Assembly: GCA_963997635.1 (NCBI GenBank) | Contig: CAXEND010000001.1 | Location: 80,005 to 144,004, forward strand | Origin: an uncultured Rhodospirillaceae bacterium | GTDB taxonomy: Bacteria > Pseudomonadota > Alphaproteobacteria > UBA828 | DNA length: 64,000 nucleotides | Direction of reading: 5' to 3' | Notes under the pieces: model-generated | Told to the model about the DNA's origin: nothing | Databases searched by the model: none | The model's input: only the letters and a program-made list of their open reading frames with translations | Shown here: piece after piece, positions 50,116 through 59,417 of the stretch | How positions within the stretch are numbered: the stretch's first letter is position 1 | Layout: each line of letters opens with the position of its first letter | Made by a program: the position numbers and the translations under genes

Positions 50116-51957
50116 CTATCCTTTTACTTCAAATTCAACCGTGTAGGCGTCAATGTCTAGCATCCATTCGTTCATTGCACGCTCCATTTCTTTTGTGGCG
50201 CCAACAAACCTCATGAAATAGATTGGCTCAGCTCTACTTCTCATCCTGATAGCCAATTTATATGTGCCTGGTTGTTTTATGAGCTTTCCTGGAACTGAGT
50301 AATCAGCATCACGGCTAGATAATGGGGGAAGACTTCGCCCCTCCATTCGAACAAAGGGTGGGTGATTTATAACGGTTGTAGGCTGTGATGCTGGCCGTAG
50401 GAATGGAAGCTGGTCTACATCAAAGTTTACCGGCAAATACATCTCACGATCTGTCCCTTTTACGTTTGTAGTTAAGAATTTAGTCTGTAAATTAACTAAT
50501 TGGTCATCATATGGGACCTTTCCAGATAAAACGTCTGCACTATGAAGGTCTGCCATATCTCCTGCAGAGTCGGTATATCCAGATTCCCAAATATTTGTTC
50601 CATCAGGTCCTATCAGTGCAACATTAACCCAGAGTTCTGGCTGAGCACCAAGAGAGCCTGAAGGTAGATTATGTCCCGAATTAGTGTTTGAAATTGTGTA
50701 AGTGAAGTCGAGATCATGGCCAATTTGAGGGTTGTCATCAAAGAATGGCCCATCGATGTGGGAACCATTTTCCATGACTTGTCTCCTCAATTCGCGTTTT
50801 TCTTCTATAAGCCCAATGTTATAGTTTATAATTTCCCTAGCTTCTTCCCTGTCAAAACGATCTTCCCAGACTTCTGGAAATTCTATTTCTTCTATTTCTC
50901 CAGAATCAACTAATTCTTCATAATTATCTTCCCAATCTTCTTCTCCCCATGGAGCTCGATAGTTAAACTGAAGCCATTCTTCCATGGTCCAGTTTTCAGC
51001 GTCTGGGTTATGAGGGAAAATACCAGGGTGTGCAATAGGGTATCCTGGACCTGCAAAGGCATGACTATGTCTAATCCTGTCAGGATTTACAGCACGCCCA
51101 TCTACAACCGCAGCTGGACCAGTTTTGAAATGACCTGCAACCCCAGGTTTGTAACTCATATGGCAGTCTTGACATGACACACCTTGAGCATGGGCAGGCG
51201 AATCACGATACTGATCCCAAACTACTTCAAGCTTAATTCCTAAATTAACAGCAACCTGATGACATGAAACGCAAAATTCTGATTGATTGAGCTGTGTAAA
51301 AATTTTGCCTTCATTATGAATTTGATTTCCGCGCTCATCAGAATTAGTGGCAACTTTCCAAGTGCTAGCATTCTCGACCACTTCTTTAATCCCATCGCCT
51401 CCTAAGACGCCGTATACAGGTTCAAATATTTCCCCCATCACAATATTTCTGGAACCATTTGCTTTTCCATATGCTGTATTTACGCGGTGGCAGGTAATAC
51501 AAGTAATACCTTCCCGGCTAACTTGTTTACGTTCCCACATAGGGAGTTCCCTAGCTTCGCCCATTTGTGTGCTTACTGTTGCATGGCAGCGAACACAGAA
51601 TGTATTTATTGTGGGAGCAAGTGAGTTAATTGCATTTTCAAATTTATGAAACATTGGAGAAAGTGAGGCGTAGGCATGGTTTGATGAAGCCCATTCTCTG
51701 TAGATATCCTCATGGCATGATTTACATTTTGATGCACTGGGAAATAAATCTTCATTCAAAATATCTGTGTGCATTTTATCGGCATCAATTGTTTCATTGT
51801 CACTTGCTTCTAAATCTCCAGAAACTGATGAGAATGCAAATAGTCCAATGAGACATAAAAAGACTGAAATTTTAGTTAAGGTTTTTTTCATCATAATTGT
51901 AGTTTTCTCATGATCAGAGAAAATACTGTTTTTAAATAATATACTTAACTTAGTCAT
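50116..51957 (-). CDS. Secreted pentaheme cytochrome c with large heme-free acidic C-terminal domain
   Basis: Five CxxCH motifs (CKSCH, CVRCH, CITCH, CVSCH, CQDCH) within the first ~265 residues, then ~350 residues with none. Alternative start at 51894 (MMKKTL..., classic signal peptide) would remove the 8-nt overlap with the decaheme gene. Confidence 0.8.
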   Translation of the reverse strand: MTKLSILFKNSIFSDHEKTTIMMKKTLTKISVFLCLIGLFAFSSVSGDLEASDNETIDADKMHTDILNEDLFPSASKCKSCHEDIYREWASSNHAYASLSPMFHKFENAINSLAPTINTFCVRCHATVSTQMGEARELPMWERKQVSREGITCITCHRVNTAYGKANGSRNIVMGEIFEPVYGVLGGDGIKEVVENASTWKVATNSDERGNQIHNEGKIFTQLNQSEFCVSCHQVAVNLGIKLEVVWDQYRDSPAHAQGVSCQDCHMSYKPGVAGHFKTGPAAVVDGRAVNPDRIRHSHAFAGPGYPIAHPGIFPHNPDAENWTMEEWLQFNYRAPWGEEDWEDNYEELVDSGEIEEIEFPEVWEDRFDREEAREIINYNIGLIEEKRELRRQVMENGSHIDGPFFDDNPQIGHDLDFTYTISNTNSGHNLPSGSLGAQPELWVNVALIGPDGTNIWESGYTDSAGDMADLHSADVLSGKVPYDDQLVNLQTKFLTTNVKGTDREMYLPVNFDVDQLPFLRPASQPTTVINHPPFVRMEGRSLPPLSSRDADYSVPGKLIKQPGTYKLAIRMRSRAEPIYFMRFVGATKEMERAMNEWMLDIDAYTVEFEVKG

Positions 51958-53923
51958 TATTAGTTACTCTCAGATTAAATCCTGTTTCATTATGATAGAG
52001 GTGGCATAACTGACAATCTTGCCTTACTTGTCCTTCATTATGACACTGAGTGCATGTTTCTTTATCTATCGAATCAAAGTTACTCTCAAATATATGCGGG
52101 TTGTTATCACTAAATGAAGCACCATAGTTAGCTTGGACATTTAATTTGTGGCAAGTTTGGCAGCCCGCTTCTGGATCAGCCAAATTTATACCACTTGGAT
52201 TGAGTATGTTTAAATGGGCTCCATGTGAATAAAACGTATGTGGTCTACTCTTTGAATTATTAAAGTTCCACTGTACATGTAAAGGGTTTGTTTCAGTTTC
52301 TGAAACAGAATGACACTTCGTACAGGCTCCAAAACCTTCCTTAGGATTAAGTAATTCGTCCCTCATAAACTCCCCAGACTCTTCAACATCCTCATCATCA
52401 TCAAGCACACTTAGAGCACCAAAGTTAATCCAAGCACGGACTACCGGATCTCCATGTCCAATAGGTTTATATTTTAACTCAACACCTTCTGCGTACCAAC
52501 CCCCATAATTTGGGTCAGAAGGTGACTCATATTCTTCATTAGATGCCCAAGCACATGCCACCTCTCTAGTAAGTGTTGGGCTCAGACCAGAGAGCATCTT
52601 TTTTGCGCCTTCGGCTCCAACTACTTCGGCAATTGTTTCCTCAAGAACTTCAGAGCCGTCTTCTAATAGACCTACAATCAAAGTCTGCAGTGGCTCTGTG
52701 TATTCAGAAGAGTCATCAATTGGTGTTCTAAGCAGATATGAACTGATAGCTGCTGGTTCGTCAAAAGAAACTGGTTCATATTCTTCTTCATCACCTATTA
52801 AAATTTCTTCATCAAGCATGTCTAATTCTTCTGCTTCAATTGCTTCACGCACTGTTGCTATATTATCTTGTATTTCTTCCCAAGCTTCAAGTGTGGGGCC
52901 ACAAGTTTCAGATACAAAATCTAAGTCAATAAAATTATCATCAAATTCAGGAAGCCTAAGTAATACTAGTTCACGACGAGGAATTGCATCATTATGGCAA
53001 CTTGCACATGCAGTTTGATATCCGACCGGCTTTACAGATTGCACGGCATCACTTACTTCATGACATGAAGTGCAGTTTGTTGGGGCAATATCTTCTAGTC
53101 TTTGATCTTTAAAATGTTGAGTTATATGGCTTGAATGATCAAAGCGTATTGCCGTACGTTGATCATGTGGAAAATCATCCGCAAAGTTTGGATGATTATT
53201 TGCAAAAGAAGAAATTTCTCTTTCATGGCAAGTATTACATTTTGCATCAGAAATAGCAGTTATATCAAAATCTTCTCCTTTGTGTTCAGAATGGCATGCA
53301 ATACAACTAAAATTATTGCTATGGGTGTTGGTCTTATTTGCATTGGAAGAAATATTGTGGGCCAGAAATGGTTCACCTACAAATGTGTGGCAATTTAAAC
53401 AATTTTTTGAAATATTGTTCTCTTCGAATGCAGCAAGAAACCATTCTCCAGCATCCTTTGCATGGGGTTCGTGGCAGGCAACACAACCGCTAGAGGAGGT
53501 AAAATTTGCGTGGCCGTCTGTTAATGGGCCAGCAGATGAAATTACATTATGTCCAGATCCATCACTTCCAAGGGTTAACATCAGGGCAATAACAGATATT
53601 ACAATTGCAAATGCACTTATAGCCATTAAACCTCTTAGGCTTCTAATACTTCTGCGTGGGCGACACGGTGGCTGATGTTGAGAGCATTTACCATCTGATC
53701 CAGGGCCATTGTCACATGGGCCTCCAAATAGTGTAGATCGCCTACATTCAAAGCGATCACCAACTTGTGCTGGTTGGCATTCATAGATACCACCACATTT
53801 GCCACTATTATCAGGGCCAAATTCACAAGGCTTCCCCCATTCAGCTGCTCTCCCACAACGAAATTTACGATTGGGTCGTTCGTAGCGGCTGATGTCATGC
53901 CTGAATTTATTTGGATCCATCAT
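51950..53923 (-). CDS. Membrane-anchored decaheme cytochrome c with cytoplasmic duplicated 4-Cys N-terminal module
   Basis: Ten CxxCH motifs (CVACH, CLNCH, CIACH, CNTCH, CTSCH, CASCH, CTKCH, CQTCH, CTQCH, CQLCH). Single TM helix preceded by an Arg-rich stretch. Start taken as ATG 53923, forming an ATGA overlap with the upstream stop, rather than the ORF-track start at 54007. Confidence 0.8.
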   Translation of the reverse strand: MMDPNKFRHDISRYERPNRKFRCGRAAEWGKPCEFGPDNSGKCGGIYECQPAQVGDRFECRRSTLFGGPCDNGPGSDGKCSQHQPPCRPRRSIRSLRGLMAISAFAIVISVIALMLTLGSDGSGHNVISSAGPLTDGHANFTSSSGCVACHEPHAKDAGEWFLAAFEENNISKNCLNCHTFVGEPFLAHNISSNANKTNTHSNNFSCIACHSEHKGEDFDITAISDAKCNTCHEREISSFANNHPNFADDFPHDQRTAIRFDHSSHITQHFKDQRLEDIAPTNCTSCHEVSDAVQSVKPVGYQTACASCHNDAIPRRELVLLRLPEFDDNFIDLDFVSETCGPTLEAWEEIQDNIATVREAIEAEELDMLDEEILIGDEEEYEPVSFDEPAAISSYLLRTPIDDSSEYTEPLQTLIVGLLEDGSEVLEETIAEVVGAEGAKKMLSGLSPTLTREVACAWASNEEYESPSDPNYGGWYAEGVELKYKPIGHGDPVVRAWINFGALSVLDDDEDVEESGEFMRDELLNPKEGFGACTKCHSVSETETNPLHVQWNFNNSKSRPHTFYSHGAHLNILNPSGINLADPEAGCQTCHKLNVQANYGASFSDNNPHIFESNFDSIDKETCTQCHNEGQVRQDCQLCHLYHNETGFNLRVTNND

Positions 53924-54735
53924 AATGCATACACATTTACGACTATTACGTGCCAAAAAATCAGTGCTAATACTGCAGCTGCTAATGGCACATGAGCTAG
54001 AAGCCAATATTTCATCATCGATTGACAGGCAAAATGAAAATCAATTTTCGATTTATATTTAGCAAGGTCGTTGAGATTATTTAGATATTCACGCTCAGCT
54101 TCGCTTAAATAACGTGACACTGTCTGGTAACTTTGGTTTATCCAATGTTCTGCTGCTGCACCGCCAAGAGTATGGCTAAGGAAAAACCTTGGACGCTGAA
54201 AATACCAGCGTAGTGATTCCATATAATGCCGAGCAAGAGTGTCACTACCTGTATTTTCTGTACAGGCAATTGTTATAGATTCTGATTTTTCTCTTAACTC
54301 TGAAAGTTCTGCTGGTATACGTTCATAAATAATTTCTAATTCAGTCTGAACAAGGCGTTTAGGGTATATTTTTTGTATAATGTATCCAAAAATTCCACTG
54401 ATGGTAACTAGATAAAATACTATCGCAAGTGCTTGTTCATATGCACCAGTTGGCCATACATTTCCTGTGTGAATGAAAAACAGACCCAGAGCTGCTATAC
54501 CGCCAACCACGTGAACTGCAAGCCAATAAGCAGATCTTCCAAAGGGAACCATAGATAGTTTTTTTCGTGCATTAAAAGTAGCTAGCCCTAGCATTAAACC
54601 AAAAAGCACATATCCTGTTATAAATTCTGGCTGACCAAGATTAATATTTGAAATTGAAGAGTATGTAGCAAAGGCAGCAATAAAAGCTGCACTAAATACC
54701 CACAGAATAATATAACGTGTGGTTACAGCATTCAT
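53920..54735 (-). CDS. Integral membrane protein, putative di-heme cytochrome b (NarI/DsrM-like)
   Basis: About 5 TM helices. Two TM segments each carry a His pair 13-14 residues apart (HVVGGIAALGLFFIH; HVPLAAAVLALIFWH), as in bis-heme b proteins. Start and stop are translationally coupled to both flanking genes. Confidence 0.5.
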   Translation of the reverse strand: MNAVTTRYIILWVFSAAFIAAFATYSSISNINLGQPEFITGYVLFGLMLGLATFNARKKLSMVPFGRSAYWLAVHVVGGIAALGLFFIHTGNVWPTGAYEQALAIVFYLVTISGIFGYIIQKIYPKRLVQTELEIIYERIPAELSELREKSESITIACTENTGSDTLARHYMESLRWYFQRPRFFLSHTLGGAAAEHWINQSYQTVSRYLSEAEREYLNNLNDLAKYKSKIDFHFACQSMMKYWLLAHVPLAAAVLALIFWHVIVVNVYAL

Positions 54736-56405
54736 ACCTTAACCCCTGTAAAGGTCTCCTCACCCTGAAAGTTAACACGCCTAAGTGCATCATGCGGGCA
54801 TGCTCTTACACATGCTGGTCCACCTGGGTTGTTTGAACACAGGTCACATTTTGTAGCCTTGCTGATAGGCTTTTGTGTGCCTGGATCCCTGAGTGGTTGA
54901 CCCTTTAAATCTCGAATTTCAACTAATCTTATATTATTGTATGGACAAGAATTTGCGCATGTCCCACAGCCTATACATGTATCATCATTAATTACTACTG
55001 CCCCAGAATCTAGAGAACGATGGATTGCCCCTGTCGGGCATCCAATCATGCAAACTGGATCTTCGCAATGCATGCATGCGTTTGTAACCATCCAATTATC
55101 AAATGTTCTACCATGCCTTATAAACCTTGGATTTCCACCATGTGTAGAGGCACAGGCTCTAACACAATCGTCGCAGCGAACACAACGCTCAAGGTCAATA
55201 AGCATTGCCATAGTACCATTAATAAAGCGTTGATCCAGTGCCCATTCCATTGGGGCATCTGCTTCCATTGATTTTGATAAAGATGGTGTTAACAGTGGTT
55301 TAGGGTTATCCTTAATTTTTGGGAAAACATATTTTTCTATAATAGGTGCGGGAACTCTGAGTATATCTACGTAACCAAGAGCAGAAAGAGAAGTTTGAAG
55401 TGATTGTTCCCCAGTAGTTTTATTGGCCCATAATTCATCAAAGCCAAAATAATCTCCTGCTCCTAGATACGTTAGTGTGCGTTGTCCCGTCCCCATTTTT
55501 ATTGATACTCTTGCAAAACCAGCTCGAACCATTAGTAGACCATCCGGATAATTACCTTGTTTAGCTATAATTGGTTCTTCAGCAGATTTTCCTTGTTCAC
55601 GCATACGTTTATATGAAACGTTCCAATCAAAACTACCAAAAGTTTCAAAAAGTGTTGAGTTAGCTACTTCCTCCAATTCTTCTGGTTCTAGATCAGAAAA
55701 TAAAGGTGTTTCCTTCAAGTGAACTTTTAATGCATTTTCTCTGTAGCGTTCATCAATTTTACGGCGCCATTCAGTGTCATATTTTCTGATCTCTCTCAGA
55801 CCTTGCCACCTAATCTCTAGAAGTTCAGCGTCATTTTCAGCAAAAATACTGGCAGTTCTTGGCACACGTCCTAGAGCTGCTAATTCTCCAAAAAGTGCAC
55901 CAGATTCAAGTTCTGCTGTTTGATGGCTATTTAGAACAGCGGGAATATCTTGAATAAAAACATGCGATGATGTCAGATCCCCAGAGTCTGGATCACGGAG
56001 TGCTTGTGATCCATAACGTGAAGTATCTCGTAATTCTGGTTCTGATGAATTTGTCCAGAGCTGGCTTAGTGCCTCAATAAAATTACGTTTTTTAGTAGAC
56101 TCTCTGCCTATCATTGAGCGAGGTAGACTTGGGTTTATAACCACCCTCACTTTCCCGCTAATTACAAGGAACGCTGAGTTCCCATAGTCTCCTTCTCGAA
56201 CTACTATATCTCCTGATTTGTATTTCATAATTCTGGTATCGTTTTCTAAGATACCAGAAAGTGGGGTATGCTTTGGAAAACTTTCAGAGTCTATCGCTCT
56301 AAATTCTGGTAAATTTAGAAGTTTTTCAACTTCTGTTTCAGTCATTTCGGGGCCAAAAGGTGCTTCCCATCGCTGCGGGCGTGCCATCATTGCAACTGTA
56401 GACAA
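54732..56405 (-). CDS. Cytoplasmic protein with two cyclic-nucleotide-binding domains fused to a four-cluster [4Fe-4S] ferredoxin module (DmsB/NrfC-like)
   Basis: Two cNMP-binding-like segments (…GDIVVREGDYGNSAFLVISGKVRV…; …GLLMVRAGFARVS…GAGDYFGFDEL…). Four cluster motifs (CVRCDDCVRAC; CMHCEDPVCMIGCP; CIGCGTCANSCP; CDLCSNNPGGPACVRACP). No signal or TAT peptide. Confidence 0.8.
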   Translation of the reverse strand: MSTVAMMARPQRWEAPFGPEMTETEVEKLLNLPEFRAIDSESFPKHTPLSGILENDTRIMKYKSGDIVVREGDYGNSAFLVISGKVRVVINPSLPRSMIGRESTKKRNFIEALSQLWTNSSEPELRDTSRYGSQALRDPDSGDLTSSHVFIQDIPAVLNSHQTAELESGALFGELAALGRVPRTASIFAENDAELLEIRWQGLREIRKYDTEWRRKIDERYRENALKVHLKETPLFSDLEPEELEEVANSTLFETFGSFDWNVSYKRMREQGKSAEEPIIAKQGNYPDGLLMVRAGFARVSIKMGTGQRTLTYLGAGDYFGFDELWANKTTGEQSLQTSLSALGYVDILRVPAPIIEKYVFPKIKDNPKPLLTPSLSKSMEADAPMEWALDQRFINGTMAMLIDLERCVRCDDCVRACASTHGGNPRFIRHGRTFDNWMVTNACMHCEDPVCMIGCPTGAIHRSLDSGAVVINDDTCIGCGTCANSCPYNNIRLVEIRDLKGQPLRDPGTQKPISKATKCDLCSNNPGGPACVRACPHDALRRVNFQGEETFTGVKV

Positions 56406-56582
56406 CTTATTTCCCCCTTGACTAAAACTTCATAAAGCCAAATTCATTTAACTGGTATTAACCACTAATAAAACACAAATCTTCTAGCCTGAATAAATAG
56501 AGTAAAAACTAATGAATATCTTTTCCTAGCATTAGGTCCAATAAACCTTAGACTTTAGCTATTTAGTCCATTAAGCATTTAA

Positions 56583-57518
56583 TTATTTAAACTCGGTAGG
56601 AAGTAAGCCTCCGACAGTTCCAGATAGATCCTGATCTTTTATAGCTGCAGTTAATGCTACTGCATTTTCTCTGTTTGGGTTTTCTATTAATGTTTTCGCT
56701 GCATCAACTCCAGAAAGAGCTGCTCGAGCGGCTTCGGCACGGGCTTGTTGGAATTCAATAAATTTAGGAGAACCAGACCTACTTATTGCTATTGTAGCCG
56801 ATACAAGCTTAGCAGCTTGTCCTACTACAAATGCACGGCTCATTTCGGCAGGTGTCATTTCGGCATTTTTTGTCATATCTGGCGGATAAAAACGATGTCT
56901 TATACTACCTTGGCTATATTTGACGTATTCCCAGTCAGGTTTAGCGGGATGACCATTTTCTAGCATTATAGCTAATTTTTCTGGATCTATGTTTGCATTT
57001 GCAAGTCCATGACACTCATTACAGTTTTCTGCTATTCCATAGCGGTCAAAAGACCATCGCATTCCAGCAGCCGTTGCTGCAACAATTCTTTCATCCTTCG
57101 GCTCTGCTCTATTATTATGAATTGTAAACCAATCAGACGATGCCCCGTGACAGCTTTCGCAGGACGGGCCAGCTTTTGGTTTTGCTTTTGCGGCGGATGC
57201 TGCGTCTTTGGCTACCAAGGTATAGTGGCATTGAACACATGTTTCATTCTTTTTCATGCTTTTATTACCAGTAGCCTTTGCGAGTGCTTTTGCTAACTTA
57301 CTTTTATGGACTTTTTTAAAGGATTTTGCGTGTTTGGTTTCTTCCCAAATCTGAAACTCAGCTTTGTGGCATTCAGCACACTTTTTGGGTCCTTGGTTAA
57401 ATGGCTCTGCCATAGATTGTCCAGATAAAATTACAGCTCCACCAAGTATTAAAAACATACCAGCTATTGCTGCGACTATTATTTTATTTTGCAATGAGAA
57501 CATCTTTGCCTTCCCCAA
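56583..57518 (-). CDS. Membrane-anchored tetraheme cytochrome c
   Basis: N-terminal signal-anchor; four CxxCH motifs (CAECH, CVQCH, CESCH, CNECH); Ala/Lys-rich C-terminal region; first gene of the operon. Confidence 0.75.
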   Translation of the reverse strand: MGKAKMFSLQNKIIVAAIAGMFLILGGAVILSGQSMAEPFNQGPKKCAECHKAEFQIWEETKHAKSFKKVHKSKLAKALAKATGNKSMKKNETCVQCHYTLVAKDAASAAKAKPKAGPSCESCHGASSDWFTIHNNRAEPKDERIVAATAAGMRWSFDRYGIAENCNECHGLANANIDPEKLAIMLENGHPAKPDWEYVKYSQGSIRHRFYPPDMTKNAEMTPAEMSRAFVVGQAAKLVSATIAISRSGSPKFIEFQQARAEAARAALSGVDAAKTLIENPNRENAVALTAAIKDQDLSGTVGGLLPTEFK

Positions 57519-57749
57519 CTAACGATTCCCCATAATTGTTGCTTATGATGCGTGATTCTTGGCTGTCCATCAACCCCAATAAATGTTTAAAAATCAAGTT
57601 TATTCAATATTTCTACATATTAAATCCTATTAAATCTATTTATTTTAACTTAAAAAACCTAAATTATAGGTTCAAAATTAACATAATTCCTTATTTTCAA
57701 TCTAAAACTAGGATATTTTGCTTATTTCAGTGGCCAAATCAAAAGTTTA

Positions 57750-59417
57750 CTAAATTGGGAATTCGATTTTACCTAATCTAGCTGAAAGTTTCATATTTTC
57801 TCTATAATCAATTGGTATTGCAATAACAGCTGGGCCATCTTGCTTATATGCAGTTTTTAGAGCTGGTAAAAGTTCATCAGAACTTTTAAGGGTTTTTCCC
57901 CACGCACCGAAAGATTTGGCCCACAACTCAATATTTGGATTCGTGAACTTTAGATCACTATGTCGCCCGTTGAAAGAATTCTGTTGCTTCCATTTGATTA
58001 ACCCATATTCGCCATCCATCCAAACTAAGGCAACAACATTTAATTTATATCTTACCGCAGTTTCAATATCCTGAGCATTCATATGAAACCCTGCATCTCC
58101 ATTTATAGATAAAACTTTTTTATCGGGGCAAGCAATTTTAGCACCTATAGATCCTGGGAATGCAAAACCCATCGTACAGAAACCATTTGAAATTAGACAA
58201 GTATTAGGTTTGTCGCACTGGTAGTAGCGGGAAATCCACATTTTATGTGCTCCAACATCTGACAATAAGATATCATCAGGACCCAAAAATTCCCGAACAT
58301 CATATAAAACCTTTTGTGGCTTCATAGGAAAGGCCTTAGAACGTTTTTCTTTTTGAAGGTCAGAACTTATTGTTTTTCTTAAGGCGGCCCTTTTCTTAAT
58401 ATCAAATAGCGGCAGAGGAATATTTCTTTTCTCTGTTCGTTTAGTTAATTCTTCATTCATTTGCCAAAGGGCGTCTGCAATATCTCCTGCAACATCAACA
58501 GCTGGTTGGTAATGATCATCAACTTCTGCAGGCCAAAAATCTATATGGATAATTTTCTTTTTTGATCCAGCATTCCAGAAAGCTGGAGCGTATTCCACCA
58601 AATCATAACCAGCAGATATAATTACATCTGCTTCACGCATAGCTGCAATTATATGGTCTTTGCCTTGAAGTCCAACTGTGAAAAGAGAATGTTGATCAGA
58701 GCGTGGAATTGCACCTTTCCCCATAAATGTATTTACGACCCCTATACCCGTAAGTTCGGCAAAACGACGAAGTTGTTCAGAAGCTCTTTTTCTTACTGCT
58801 CCATTGCCAGCCAAAATCAAAGGATTTTTTGCTCTCATTATTATGTCTACAGCCTTTGCCACAGCTTTGTGATCTGCACCGGGTCTGCGGGTTACATAGG
58901 GCTTAATTGGTTTTTCAATGGTCTTGTGCTCAGCGATATCTTCCGGTAGTTCAATTAGAACAGCACCAGGTTTTTCTGTTTCTGCTACCTTAAAGGCTTT
59001 TCGAACTATTTCTGGAATATTGTCAGGGTGATAGACTGATTGTGCCCATTTAGTGATTGGCTTAAACATGGCTATAGAGTCCATATTTTGATGGCTTTCT
59101 TTGTGTAAACGTTCAGTATCCGCTTGGCCAATCAAACAGACAAGAGGTGCTCTATCCATATTTGCATCAGCAACACCAGTTACCAGATTTGTGGCTCCTG
59201 GTCCTAAGGTTCCTAAACAAACTCCAGCCTTTCCAGTAAGACGTCCATACACATCCGCCATGAATGCGGCAGCCTGTTCGTGTCTGCAGAGAACAAACTT
59301 AATTTTTGAATTCATCAAAGAGATCATTACGTCTGCATTCTCTTCTCCGGGAATACCAAAGATATGGGTCACCCCTTCATTTTCTAGACATTTGACAAAA
59401 AGGTCTGAAGCTTTCAT
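57750..59417 (-). CDS. Thiamine-pyrophosphate enzyme, acetolactate synthase-like (catabolic AlsS-type)
   Basis: TPP-enzyme N-terminal block (VTHIFGIPGEE…LGPGATNLVTGVADA) and C-terminal TPP-binding region. Start placed at ATG 59417, preceded by GGGAGA, rather than the ORF-track start 59483. Confidence 0.75.
   Translation of the reverse strand: MKASDLFVKCLENEGVTHIFGIPGEENADVMISLMNSKIKFVLCRHEQAAAFMADVYGRLTGKAGVCLGTLGPGATNLVTGVADANMDRAPLVCLIGQADTERLHKESHQNMDSIAMFKPITKWAQSVYHPDNIPEIVRKAFKVAETEKPGAVLIELPEDIAEHKTIEKPIKPYVTRRPGADHKAVAKAVDIIMRAKNPLILAGNGAVRKRASEQLRRFAELTGIGVVNTFMGKGAIPRSDQHSLFTVGLQGKDHIIAAMREADVIISAGYDLVEYAPAFWNAGSKKKIIHIDFWPAEVDDHYQPAVDVAGDIADALWQMNEELTKRTEKRNIPLPLFDIKKRAALRKTISSDLQKEKRSKAFPMKPQKVLYDVREFLGPDDILLSDVGAHKMWISRYYQCDKPNTCLISNGFCTMGFAFPGSIGAKIACPDKKVLSINGDAGFHMNAQDIETAVRYKLNVVALVWMDGEYGLIKWKQQNSFNGRHSDLKFTNPNIELWAKSFGAWGKTLKSSDELLPALKTAYKQDGPAVIAIPIDYRENMKLSARLGKIEFPI

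Noticed and set aside
53924-54007. N-terminal 28 codons (MASSSCAISSCSISTDFLARNSRKCVCI) of the ORF-track decaheme ORF
   Set aside because: This stretch overlaps the 3' end of the upstream gene in another frame. An in-frame ATG at 53923 forms a classic ATGA start/stop overlap with the upstream stop (53920-53922), so the extension is most likely read-through of non-coding frame.
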